Source of the DNA: Candidatus Eiseniibacteriota bacterium
Lineage (GTDB): Bacteria > Eisenbacteria > RBG-16-71-46 > CAVPCR01
DNA length: 64,000 nt
Direction of reading: 5' to 3'
NCBI GenBank assembly: GCA_963702435.1
Contig: CAVPCR010000003.1
Coordinates: 192,001-256,000 of the forward strand
Shown: positions 51,501-63,224 of the stretch, in pieces
Position numbering within the stretch: position 1 is the first letter of the stretch
Layout of the letters: each line of letters starts with the position of its first letter
Position numbers and translations under genes: made by a program
The notes under the pieces: model-generated
What the model saw: the letters and a program-made list of their open reading frames with translations, nothing else
What the model was told of the DNA's origin: nothing
Databases searched by the model: none

Positions 51501-54500
51501 GCCGGTCGGTTCGGCTGCAAGCTACGTGGACGGGCCCCTGGCGATCGACTTCAACGTGGCGATCCCGACGGACCGGAACTACCCGATCGGCCGCGGCGGC
51601 GCCTTCCGGCCGCTCCTCCTCCGCCAGGTGAACACGGGCGGCGTCACGCGGACCTACCAGGCCGAGGTCGTTGCGAGCCCGCCGGGCGGGACTACGCTGC
51701 CTCCGCTCCAGCTCCTCGATCCGGCGCGCTACTGGGTGGTCACCAACACCGCCAACTTGAACGCGACGGCCCGCGTGAACCTCGCCTTCGGGGCCGATGA
51801 CGGGGTTCCTCTTCTCTCCTCGGCCCGCGTGGCGCAGGCGAACACCGCCGCCGGCAGCTACACGAGCCTCGGCGGGACGGCGACCGGGAGCCCGGGCAGC
51901 GGAACCGTCGAATCCACGATCGATCTCACGCCGGGGGACAGCTACTTCACGATCGGGCTCCAGGATCTGCCGGTCGTGTGGGACGGCGGGGCGGGCACGG
52001 CCAACTGGGGCGACGCGGACAACTGGAACCCGGACGGTGTGCCGGGACCGACCGACAACGTGTCGCTCAACCTGCCGACGACGACCTCAATCGACGTCAA
52101 CGGCAACTTCACCTGCAACGACCTCGTGATCGGGTCCAATGTCATCCTGACCGTCCTCGGGACCAACACCCTGACCGCGAACGGCAGCCTGAGCCAGTCC
52201 GGCAGCACGACCGATCTCGGCGCGGGAGCGATCGTTGCGCAAGGGGCGATCACTCTCTCAAGCGGCACGATCAACGTGACGACTGGATCGATCACCGCCA
52301 ACGGGAGCTTCACGCTCTCCGGCGCGATCCTCAACATGGGTGCGGGCACCCTCGAGGTCAAGGGAGCCTTCACTGTCTCGAGCGGCGCATTCAACGCCGG
52401 CACCAGCACCACGATCTTCTCGGGTGCTGCGGCCCAGGCGATCGGCGGCGGAGTTACCCACTACAATCTCATCCTCCGCAACGGCGGCGCCGGGGTCGCG
52501 AAGACGCTGACCGCCGCGAACACGTTCGCGGTGGCCGACGACCTGACCGTGGAGTCGAGCGCCCAGCTCGCGCTCTCGGCCGCCGCCGGGACCACGTTCT
52601 CCATCGGCGGAAACCTGTACTACAGCGGTCTGACCGGCGGGGCCAACATCGCGAGCCTGACCTTCAACCTGACCGGGTCAGCGGCAAGTCGATTGCGGGA
52701 GCAGCGGCGAAGAGCGCGCCCTCCCGCGGTCTGCCGAACCTCGACAAGATCCGCCTCGTCGAGGTGAATCTCCTGACCGACCCCGGCCTCGCGAAGCGAT
52801 CGGCGAGCCGCTCGACGGCGAGAAGCCGGCGCTCGACCTCGAGAACACGTACGAGCTCGCCGTGCCGAGGTCGAGCGGCTCCTCGCGATCCACCGATCCC
52901 GAGGCGCGACTCATCGTGAACCTCGATGACATGACGATCGTCAGGAACCCGGCGAGCTTCGCCAAGCTCCTCGTGCCGCCGACCACCTTCGAGATGGGTG
53001 TCACCATCGCGACGAATGCGCTCTACACGCTCGCCGACAACATCGCGATCGGCACCTTGAAGCTCATCACGGTGAACGGGCGTCTGAACTGCGCCACGTA
53101 CACGATCGGCGGCGGCGGCGGCGTCCCGGTTACGAGCGCGACCAATCCGAACGGTACGCTCGGGATCGGCGCTGCCGGCGGCGGCGTCGGTGCCACGGTG
53201 ATCACGACCGGGACCAACACCTACGCCGACGGCTCGAACATCGATTACTACGCGGCCGGCATCAGGCGATCCACGCGGCGAGCCACCCAGCCGCCGCCAT
53301 GCTCTACACGAGCGGCAGCGGGCGAAGACCCTCGATGGCAACAAGACGATCACCGGCAGCTCCGGCTCGGCGCTGACGAAGGGTGCGCTCGTCGTCGGCG
53401 CCGGCAGCACCTTCGCCGACGGGGGCTACACGCTCAGCTTCACGACATCCGGCTTCGCCAATGTGCTCGCGAGTGGGACCTATGCGTCGACCGGGTCCGG
53501 GGGCCTCGCCTATGAGTCGGGGCCCTTCCTGTCGAACATCCGCCGGTGAATGGCACGGTCGTTCGGCAACCTGACCATGATCTTCGGCTCGGCGACGAAC
53601 ACGATCGACCTCAACGCGACGGGCATGGTCAACGTGTCCTTCCGGAACGTGATCTGCGGCGGCACGGCGGGGACCGGTACCGCCGGCGGCACGCTCAAGT
53701 TGAACGAGACCGGGACGACGGTCGTCACGGTCAGCGACAGCCTGAGCCTCCGCCCGCGCACGGCGACCAACGCCGGAGGCGGCTTCGGCGGAACGGCGTC
53801 GACGACCGGTACCGTGTATCTCCGCGGGCCGCTCGTCTCGACGAGCACGAACGCAACACAGCCGATCATGAACTCGACGGGGACCAACACGCTCGTCATG
53901 GCCGGGCCGGCCGCCCAGGTGATCCATCTCACCGCGGCGACCACTCCGGTCACCATGTTCACCGGCTCGACGCTCAAGATCGACAACGCGGCCGGGGTCA
54001 CGCTGGCGAGCGCGACCGCCCGCACCTACGGGATCGGGGGCACGCTCAACCTCACGAGCGGCAACATCACGACGGGCGCCAACACGCTCCTCATCAGCTC
54101 GACCGGGGCGGTCGCGCGGACGAGCGGGCACGTGGTCGGGAACCTCGCCAAGAACTTCTCCTCGACGGGCCTCGCCCGGACCATGGAGATCGGATCGGCG
54201 GGCGCCTACACGCCGTTGGATGTGGCCTTCGCGAGCATCTCGACCGCCGGCAACCTGACGGCGACCACCATCGACGGCGATCATCCCGCGATCGCCGCCT
54301 CCCCCATCCTGGCCGGGAAGAGCCTCAACCGCTACTACACGCTCACGAACGCCGGCATCGCCTTCACGACCGCCGGCGCCACCTTCAACTGGGTGGCCGG
54401 GGACCTCGATGCGGGCGCCGATCCGTCCACCTTCATCGCCGGGAAGTACACGAGCCCAAACTGGACCCTCCCCACCGTCGGCATCCGGACGCCGACGAGC

Positions 54501-57500
54501 CTCCAGGTGACCGGACTCACCTCGCTCAGCGATTTCGCGTTCGGCAACCAGCCGATGGTCTCGATCGACGACGTACGCGGTCGCCGAAGGCGATGCCGGC
54601 ACGACGCCGGCCGGTTTCACGGTCACCCTCTCCGACGCGAGCACCCAGGTAGTGACCGTGCAGGTCGCGACCGCCGACAACACGGCGCTCGTCGCCGACC
54701 TCGACTATTCGGCGGTGCCGCTCACGACCCTCACCTTCAATCCCGGCGATCCGCTCACGCAGGCGGTCTCCGTGCTGGTGAACGGCGACGCGAAGTACGA
54801 GCTCGACGAGACGTACTTCGTGAACCTGACGAGCGCGGCCAACGCCGGCCATCACCGACGGCCAAGGTCTCGGCACCATCCAGAACGACGATACGGCCGC
54901 CGGCGATCTCGATCACGGACGTCGCCGTGGCCGAGGGAGACGCGCTCGCGAAGAGCGGGAAGACACTTGCCACCGCCACCTTCACCGTGTCGCTCTCGAA
55001 TCCGTCGAAGCAGACGGTCACGGTCGAGTACGCGACCGCCGACGGCACAGCCACGGTCGCCGATGCCGACTACGTTGCCGTTCCGACCACGGTGCTCACT
55101 TTCCTCCCCGGCGATCCGCTCTCGCAGACGGTCACGGTGACGGTGAACGGCGATACCAAGTATGAGGTCGACGAGACCTTCTTCGTGAACCTCGCGAATG
55201 CAGTCAACGCCACGATCGCCGATCCACAGGGGCAGGGCACGATCCAGAACGACGACCCGGTGCCGAGCGTGGCGATCGACGACGTGGCGGTGGTCGAAGG
55301 GAACGCCGGGACGGCGCTCGCGACGTTCACGGTGACGCTGTCCGGGGCCTCGCAGCCGGTCGTCACGGTCGACCACGCGACCGCGGACGGGACCGCGAGC
55401 GCCGCCGGCGGCGACTACGTGGCCGTCGCCCCGCCCCAGACCGTGACTTTCAACCCCGGCGACCCGCTCATGCAGAACGTATCGATCACGGTGAACGGCG
55501 ACCTCCTGAACGAGGTGGACGAGACCTTCTTCGTGAACCTCACGAACGCCGCGAATGCCACGATCGCGGACAACCAGGGTCTCGGCACGATCCAGAACGA
55601 CGATCCGCTGCCGGCCCTCACGGTCGACGACTCGACCGTGGTCGAGGGGAACTCGGGAACGACCTAGCGCGCTCTTCACGGTCACGCTCGCGCCGGCGAG
55701 CGGGCAGACCGTGACGGTCGACTACGCAACGAGCGACGGCACGGCCACGGTCGCCGACAACGACTACGTCCCGGTCCTCGTGCCGCAGACCCTCACCTTC
55801 AACCCGGGCGATCCGCTCACCCAGACCGTGGGTGTCACGATCAACGGCGATCTCTACTACGAGGCGGACGAGACGTTCTTCGTGGATCTCTCGGCTGCGA
55901 CGAACGCGACCCTCGGCGACATCCAGGGCCAGGGCACGATCCAGAACGACGACACCCCCGGCTCGCTGATCCGGGTGCCGCTCGATTACCCGACGATCCA
56001 GCAGGCGATCAACGCCGCGAACACCTTCGGCGGGTCGCGGATCGAGGTCGACCCCGGCACCTACCCCGAGAACCTGGTGATCGACCGGCAACTCGTGCTG
56101 GTCGGCTCCGGAATGGGCACGACCTTCGTGAACGCCGCCTCTCCCGGCATCATCGTCACCGCCTCCGCGGTGACCATCTCGAATCTCACGCTGACCGGAA
56201 CCGGCACCGACCGGGGGATCCTGGTCGATCACACGGCGGGCACGATCAACCTCCTCACCGTGTCGAACGTCGAGATCCGGAACTTCGAGTGCGGGGTCTG
56301 GTTCGAGGACGCGGTGCCGCCGCTCAACGGCGGCCTCGGACACGTGATCGAGGGATCGCGGATCCACGACAACCTGCTCGGGAACCCGAGCTACCTCGGC
56401 GCCGGCGTGAACGGGAGCTACACGTCGGGGCTCGTCGTCCGCGGGACGGCGATCCACGACAACGGCGGCCCGGGCGTCTACCTCCGCGGCGCGAGCGGCA
56501 CCGTACTCGCGAACGCCGCCGGGCTCGCCAACTACTTCTACCGGAACGCGGGCCTCGCCGTGGTGCTGGATCAGAACCCGGCCAACGTCGCCGCCGCCTT
56601 CAACTACTGGGGCAACGCCAATCCGGAGGCGGTGATCCATCACCAGGTGGACGATCCGCCCGAGGGGCTCGTCACCTTCACGAGCGCGATCGCGGCCACG
56701 GTCTACGTCGACCCGGTCTTCCAGAAGAAGCCGTTCACGACCACGTTCACGGCCGACGTGAAGATCGACATGCAGGGCATCCCGCAGACCCTCCGCCAGT
56801 ACAACGTCGTTCTGACATGGGATCCGGCGCTCCTCAACTTCGTGTCGGCGGCGGCCGGGCCTTACCTCGCGGCCGGCGCCGGCTCGGGCGGTACCTCCTT
56901 CTTCAACTACGGGAATGACGGCACTCGCACCATGAGCGAGGCCATCCTCGGCAATGCTCCGGGCGCGACCGGGAACGGGACGCTCTTCACGGTCACCTTC
57001 ACGACCGAGACGACCGAGGGGATATCGCCCCTCGATCTGCCCGTCGCGGTCTCGCTTCGCGACATGGAGAACCCCTTCAACGAGGTGCCGAACACGACGG
57101 TGGATGGATCGGTCGAGGTGGACGGCACCCCGCCGGCGAACGTCACCGCGTTCAACGCCACAGTCGGTCACAACAAGATCTCGCTCACCTGGGTGGATCC
57201 GACCGATCTCGACTTCGTGACCGGGGGCGCCGTCGAGATCTGGCGCGCCGGGTGGGACCAGATCGCCGGCCCGCCGACCCAGTCGGCCTACCCCGAGTAC
57301 GACGACTGGGCGAACGACGAGCCGCCGGTGATCCCGGCGACGCGCGCGGCCGCGGCCGCCGATCCGGACTGGTCGCTCATGACGACGGTGGCGCCGGCCA
57401 CGCTCGGCTACGTCGACGCCTCGTTCACCGACCTGACGCGGAACGTCTACTACTATGCGGCGTTCACGCGCGACGACGTCTCGAACTACGCGGCGACGGT

Positions 57501-58558
57501 GCCCGGGGTGACCCACGACCGGGCGACCAGCTACTACCTCGGCGACTTCACGCGTGGGATCGGCGATCCGCTCTTCGGCCCGCCGTACGGTGCGCCGGGC
57601 GCGGGCTCCGTCGTCAACTTCAACGACCTCGCCGCCTTCTCGTCCGTCTTCGCGACGACCGACGGCGGTGTCGGCTGGAACCCCCAGGGTGACATCGGCC
57701 CGAGCGACGACAACTCGTCGTTCGGCATTCCGACCACCGACAACGTGATCGACTTCGAGGATCTGATCCTCTTCGCGATCAACTTCACGAACGTGTTCCC
57801 GCTGGCGCCGCCAGGCGGCCCCGTGGACATCGCGATCGTCGAGCCGCCGCTCATGCAGCTCGTCCTCCCGGGCGAGATGGCCGCGGAGTTCGCCGTGGAT
57901 GTGACGATCGATCCGCGGGGCACGACGCTCCAGGGCGCTCGCCTCGAGGTCGTCTTCGACCCGGCGATCGTCGAGCTGGTCGGCGTCCAGGCCGGCGACC
58001 TCTTCGCGGGTGGCGGGACGGACGGCTTCTTCGCCGAGCGCGAGCTGGGCGCGGAGCCCGGCCGGATCGAGCTGAACGGCGCGGCCCTCGGCCCGCAGCA
58101 GGCGACCACGGCAGCTGGACGGCTGGCGCGGATCACGATGCGACGGCTCGCCGCCGGGGATCCGGAGCTCGCGATCGCCGACTTCGATCTCCGGAATCCG
58201 CGGAACGCGGCGCTCCCGGGCGAGATCGGCGGTTCGACCGCCGGCATCGGCGACCCGCCGGCGAGCCCCGTCCTCCCCACGGCCTTCGAGCTTGCGGGGA
58301 ATCACCCGAATCCGTTCAACCCGGCAACCACGATCCGCTTCGCGCTGCCCGAGCCGGCCTCGGTCCGGCTTCGGATCTGGAACGCGCGCGGCGAGCTCGT
58401 GCGGGTTCTCATCGACCAGTCACTGCCGGCCGGGTACCACGATGTCCAGTGGAACGGCCGCGACGACCGGGGCGGCACGCTCGCCTCGGGCGTCTATCTC
58501 TACCGGCTCGACGCGGGGAGCTTTCACGGCCTCCCGCAAGATGTTGCTCGTGAGGTAA
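48562..58558 (+). CDS. Giant (~3300 aa) secreted adhesin-like protein: nidogen-like, Fn3, long Gly/Thr/Asn-rich beta-solenoid, ~4 Calx-beta repeats, beta-helix, cassette and CTD (reconstructed across multiple frameshifts)
   Basis: Only one signal peptide (MTSLRTLPALALFLAIATSSAFGQ) and one CTD (NHPNPFNP...ASGVYLYRL...RKMLLVR); Calx-beta pattern SIDDV.V.EG...FTVTLS...V.YATADGTA....DY...V.VNGD..YE.DETFFVNL at ~54560-55960; AYPEYDD and TDNVIDFEDLILFAINF. Could be more than one gene. Confidence 0.7.
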
Positions 58559-58572
58559 GGGACTGCCTGCGC

Positions 58573-58607
58573 GCTGGGGGCTGCCTGCCGGCCGGCGGCC
58601 CCCAGCC
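58573..58607. terminator. Hairpin between convergent genes
   Basis: GCTGGGGGCTGCC...GGCGGCCCCCAGC between the stops at 58558 (+) and 58628 (-). Confidence 0.5.
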
Positions 58608-58627
58608 GCAGCGGCAAGCGGCCGCGC

Positions 58628-59376
58628 CTAGAACCGATACATCGCCGAGAGCGCCCAGGACAGGCTCTCGCGGTACTCGATCTCCCCCGCCCCCTCGAGC
58701 CCGCGCCACACGCGGATCGCACCGCCGCCGAGGAGCTCGACGTTCTTCCGCGTCTCGCCGCGCGCCGCCCCGTGCGCGGAGCTGTATGACTCGCCGTACT
58801 CGATGAAGTCGTGTCGCGAGTAGATGAGCCCCGCGTACACGCGGAGCGGCATCTCCTTCACCGCGAAGAGCCGCCCGATCGTCCCGTGCGCGACGTAGTT
58901 CCGCTCGAGCTTGTGGGTCTGCGACTCGGAGCGGTCGAAGCCGATCGTCTCCCGGTAGGCACCGCCCGCGATCACGTCCCAGCGGCCGTTCGGCGCCGCG
59001 TAGAGCCGGCTCCGGACCCCGACGCCGATGTTCCAGGTCATGTAGTCCCGGTCCGGGTAGCGATCCTGGCTGTTGTGCGCGCGCCCGACGAGGAGATCGA
59101 GCTCCACCCATTCCTGGTACACGCCGATCACGGCATCCATCGCGCCGTAACCGAACGTATCGTCGGGGTTCGAGAGCGCATCCTGCTCGACGTCGTACAC
59201 GTCCCGCGTGAACTGGCGGGTCGAGAGGCCGAGGGCGACCTCCCCGTGCGGGACGACGGGGCTCCCGTAAACCGCGAGGGCCGCGGGCGGCGAGACGGCC
59301 CCGCCGGCATCAGGCAGGCAGCGGTCACGATCGAGATCAGGACGAGGAAACGGGCACGATGCGCCGACGGATGCAT
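58628..59376 (-). CDS. Putative outer-membrane beta-barrel protein (apparent frameshift near 59305)
   Basis: GGAGG SD, signal-like [22 protein letters not shown]; the mature part in another frame has amphipathic strands and ends WALSAMYRF. Confidence 0.6.
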
Positions 59377-59426
59377 GATCTCTCCTCCGGGGGGAGCGAA
59401 GCGGCCGGCGACCGCACTCGCCGGCC

Positions 59427-62381
59427 TCAAGGAACGGAAAAAAGCTCTCCCGATGCGGCCCCGCTGGGCACGAGCGCCGGCCGGCCGCTTCACCGCCTTC
59501 GGCGCCGCCCCTGCCTTCCGGAGCGCCGCCCCGGTGTGCGAGGCGCGCGACCCGGGCCACCTCCTCGGGCGTGCCGGTCGCGACGATCCTACCACCGGCC
59601 TCCCCGCCCTCGGGCCCCAAGTCGATCAGGTGGTCGGCCGTCCGGATCACGTCCAGGTGGTGCTCGATGACGACGACCGAGTTCCCGAGGTCGACCAGCC
59701 GATCGAGCACCTCGAGGAGCTGCCGCACGTCGTCGAAGTGGAGGCCGGTCGTCGGCTCGTCGAGGATGTAGAGCGTGCGCCCGGTCGCCACCTTGGCGAG
59801 CTCGGTCGCGAGCTTCACGCGCTGCGCCTCGCCGCCCGAGAGGGTCGTCGCCGGCTGCCCGAGGTGGACGTAGCCGAGGCCGACTCCCGCGAGCATGCCG
59901 AGCCGCCGCGACGAGGGCCGGGAACGGCGCAAAGAAGGACGCATGCCTCCTCGACCGTCATCGCGAGCACGTCGGCGATCGACGTCCCGCGATAGCGCAC
60001 CTCGAGCGTCTCGCGGCTGAAGCGCTTGCCACGGCAGACATCGCAGGTGACGAAGACGTCGGGCAGGAAGTGCATCTCGATCTTGGTCACCCCGTCGCCG
60101 GCGCAGGCCTCGCACCGCCCGCCCTTCACGTTGAAGCTGAAGCGCCCCGGGCCGTAGCCGCGGGTCTTCGACTCGGGGAGCGCGGCGAAGAGCGTCCGGA
60201 TCTGATCGAAGGCGCCGGTGTAGGTGGCCGGGTTCGAGCGCGGGGTGCGGCCGATCGGCGACTGGTCGATGTCGACCACCTTGTCGATGTGCTCGATGCC
60301 CTCGATGCGATCGTGGGCGCCGGGCGGATCGCCGGCCCGATAGAGGATGCGCGCCAGCCCCCGATGGAGGATGTCGTTGACAAGGGTCGACTTCCCGGAG
60401 CCCGAGACGCCCGTCACGCAGGTGAACGTGCCGAGCGGGATCTCGACTTCGATCGACTTGAGGTTGTTGGCCCGCGCGCCGACCACCCGGATCATCTTCC
60501 CGTTCCCGGGCGCCGCTCGGCTCGCACCGGGATCGATCTCGTCCCCGCGAGATAGAGTCCGGTGAGCGAGCGCTCGTCCTTCCGGATCTCCGCGGGCGTT
60601 CCGGCCGCGACCACCTCACCGCCGTGCACGCCGGCGCCGGGTCCAAGATCGATCACGTGATCGGCGGCCTCGATCGTGTCCCGGTCGTGCTCGACGACGA
60701 GGACCGTGTTCCCGAGGTCGCGGAGCCCCGCGAGCGTGCGCAGGAGGCGCCCCGTGTCGCGCGGATGGAGCCCGATCGAGGGCTCGTCGAGGACGTAGAG
60801 AACCCCGGTCAGGCGCGACCCGACCTGGGTCGCGAGCCGGATCCGCTGTGCCTCGCCGCCCGAGAGGGTGGCCGCCGAGCGGTCGAGGGTCAGGTAGTCG
60901 AGCCCGACATCGGCGAGGAAAATCAGGCGATCGCGGATCTCCTTCCGCGCATCGCGCGCGATCTGCTCCTCGCGCGGGGTGAGCGTGAGGCCGCCGAGGA
61001 ACTCGAGGCACTGGGTCACCGAGAAGGCGGTCACCTCCCCGATCGAGCGCCCGCCGACCCGGACCGCGAGGCTCTCGGCCCGGAGCCGGCGGCCCCCGCA
61101 GGAGGCGCACGGCCGCGGCGACATGAACCCCGCGATCCACTCGCGGATCATGTTCGATCCGGTCTGCTTGTAGCGGCGGGCGAGGCTCGGGATCACGCCC
61201 TCGAAGGGGCGGCGGATCTTCGCCGTCATCCGCTTCGACTTCCAGTTGAAGTCGATCTCGTCGCGGCCGGAGCCGTGCAAGATGAGATCCCGCGCCCGCT
61301 TCGGGAGCTTGCCGAAGGGCGTGTCGAGGGAGAAGTCGTAGTTCTTGGCGAGGGTCTGGAGCATCGCCCCGTACCACTTGGCGTCCGCGCTCCGCCAGGG
61401 CTTGATCGCGCCCGCGTTGATCGAGAGACGCTGGTCCGGCACCACCAGCTCGGGGTCCATCTCGAGATGCGTGCCCAGGCCGTCGCAGTCGCGGCAGGCG
61501 CCGTACGGGCTGTTGAACGAGAAGTTCCGCGGCTCGAGCGCCTCGAAGGAGACGCCGCAGTCGAGGCAGGCGGCGCTCTCCGAGAAGAGGATCGGCTCCC
61601 CGGCGGCCGCCCCGGGCGCACCGGCCGCCGCCGCAGCCGCCCCACTCCCCCCGCTCGCCCCGCCACCGGCGACGAGCACCTCGGCCACCCCACCGCCCGC
61701 CCGCAGCGCGGTCTCGAGCGAGTCGTGGAAGCGACTCCGCTTCTCCGGGTTCACCTCGAGCCGATCGACCACCACCTCGATCGTGTGCTTGCGCTTCTTG
61801 TCGAGGACGATCTCCTCGCCGTCCAGGTCCCGGATCTCGCCGTTCACGCGCGCACGGAGGAACCCCTGCCGCCGCGCCTCCGCGAACACCTCGGCATGCT
61901 CGCCCTTTCGCCCGCGAACGAGCGGGGCGAGGATCTGGAAGCGCGTGCCGGACGGCAGCGCCAGCAGGCGATCCACCATCTCCTCGATCGTCTGCCGGCC
62001 GATCTCGCGCCCGCAGCGGTGGCAGTGCTGGCGGCCGACCCGGGCGAAGAGGAGGCGGAGGTGATCGTAGATCTCGGTGGTCGTCGCCACAGTGGAGCGC
62101 GGATTGCGGGCGGCGGTCCGCTGCTCGATGGCGATGGCCGGGGAGAGGCCGTCGATCGAGTCGACGTCGGGCTTCTCCATCTGACCGAGGAACTGGCGGG
62201 CGTAGGCGGAGAGGCTCTCGACGTAGCGGCGCTGGCCCTCCGCGTAGATCGTGTCGAAAGCGAGCGAGGACTTGCCCGAGCCGGACACGCCCGTCACCAC
62301 GACGAAGCGGTTCCGCGGGATGTCGACATCCAGGTTCTTGAGGTTGTGTTCGCGAGCGCCGCGTACCGATATCCGTTCCAC
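59427..62381 (-). CDS. uvrA: Excinuclease ABC subunit A (frameshifts near 60500, 59930 and 59545; 3' end approximate)
   Basis: [69 protein letters not shown], second [11 protein letters not shown]...[10 protein letters not shown]...[12 protein letters not shown]...LDEPTTGLH. Confidence 0.95.
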
Positions 62382-62471
62382 GCGGCAATCATGGCCCAGG
62401 CGGGCCGGGCAAATCAAGCGGGCGGCCAGGCGAGCTGCCCGCCCCGTCAGGCCACCGGGACGCCGGCCGCC

Positions 62472-63209
62472 TCAGGCCACCGGGACGCGCGGCTTCCGCA
62501 CCTCGTCGGTCGCCACCCGGCCGTCGATCAGGCGCACGGCGCGGTGGGCGTGCCCGGCGATGTCCTCCTCGTGCGTGACGACGACGATCGTGTTGCCGAG
62601 GGCATGGATGTCGTCGAAAGCGCGCATGATCTCCGCCGAGGTCTTCGAGTCGAGGTTCCCGGTCGGCTCGTCGGCGAGGATCAGGGACGGCTCGTTGACG
62701 AGGGCGCGGGCGATCGCCACGCGCTGCCGCTGGCCGCCGGAGAGCTGCGCCGGGCGATGGTGCATGCGGTCCGTGAGTCCCACCGTCTCGAGCGCGTGCC
62801 ACACGCGCTCCTTGCGCGCGGCCGGCGGCATGCCCGAGTAGATGAGCGGGAGCTCCACGTTGTGGAAGGCGTCGGCGCGCGGCAGCAAGTTGAAGGTCTG
62901 GAAGACGAAGCCGATCTCGCGGTTCCGGATCCGAGCGAGCTCGTCGTCGTTGAGCGCGCGGATCTCGATCCCCTTGAACCGGTAGGAGCCGCCGCTCGGG
63001 GTATCGAGGCACCCGATCACGTTCATCATGGTGGACTTGCCCGAGCCGGAAGGGCCCATGATCGCGACGTACTCGCCGCGGCGGATGACGAGGTCGACGC
63101 CGTTCAGCGCCTTCACCTCCTCCCCGCCCATGGGATAGACCTTGGTCACCTGCTCGAACTCGATCAGCGGCTCGCCGAGGGCGACCGTTCTCTCGCTGTT
63201 GGCCAACAT
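62472..63209 (-). CDS. ABC transporter ATP-binding protein (MacB/LolD family)
   Basis: [49 protein letters not shown] and VVVTHE. Confidence 0.92.
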   Translation of the reverse strand: MLANSERTVALGEPLIEFEQVTKVYPMGGEEVKALNGVDLVIRRGEYVAIMGPSGSGKSTMMNVIGCLDTPSGGSYRFKGIEIRALNDDELARIRNREIGFVFQTFNLLPRADAFHNVELPLIYSGMPPAARKERVWHALETVGLTDRMHHRPAQLSGGQRQRVAIARALVNEPSLILADEPTGNLDSKTSAEIMRAFDDIHALGNTIVVVTHEEDIAGHAHRAVRLIDGRVATDEVRKPRVPVA

Positions 63210-63224
63210 CAGGCTATCGCTCCT

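Noticed and set aside
31511..58305. Long antisense and alternate-frame ORFs (e.g. 31511..34735, 36039..38087, 41193..43592, 49029..51800, 55618..58305)
   Set aside because: Arg/Gly/Ala-rich shadows of real genes, expected in high-GC DNA with few stop codons; no recognisable motifs.
16836..62381. Frameshifts in the GlmL-like gene, CotH gene, 43405 paralogue, giant protein and uvrA read as pseudogenes or programmed frameshifting
   Set aside because: They also hit the conserved uvrA, motifs on both sides are intact, no consistent slippery site is seen, and they cluster in the duplicated 46340-47300 region. Long-read indel error is more likely; short-read polishing would decide.
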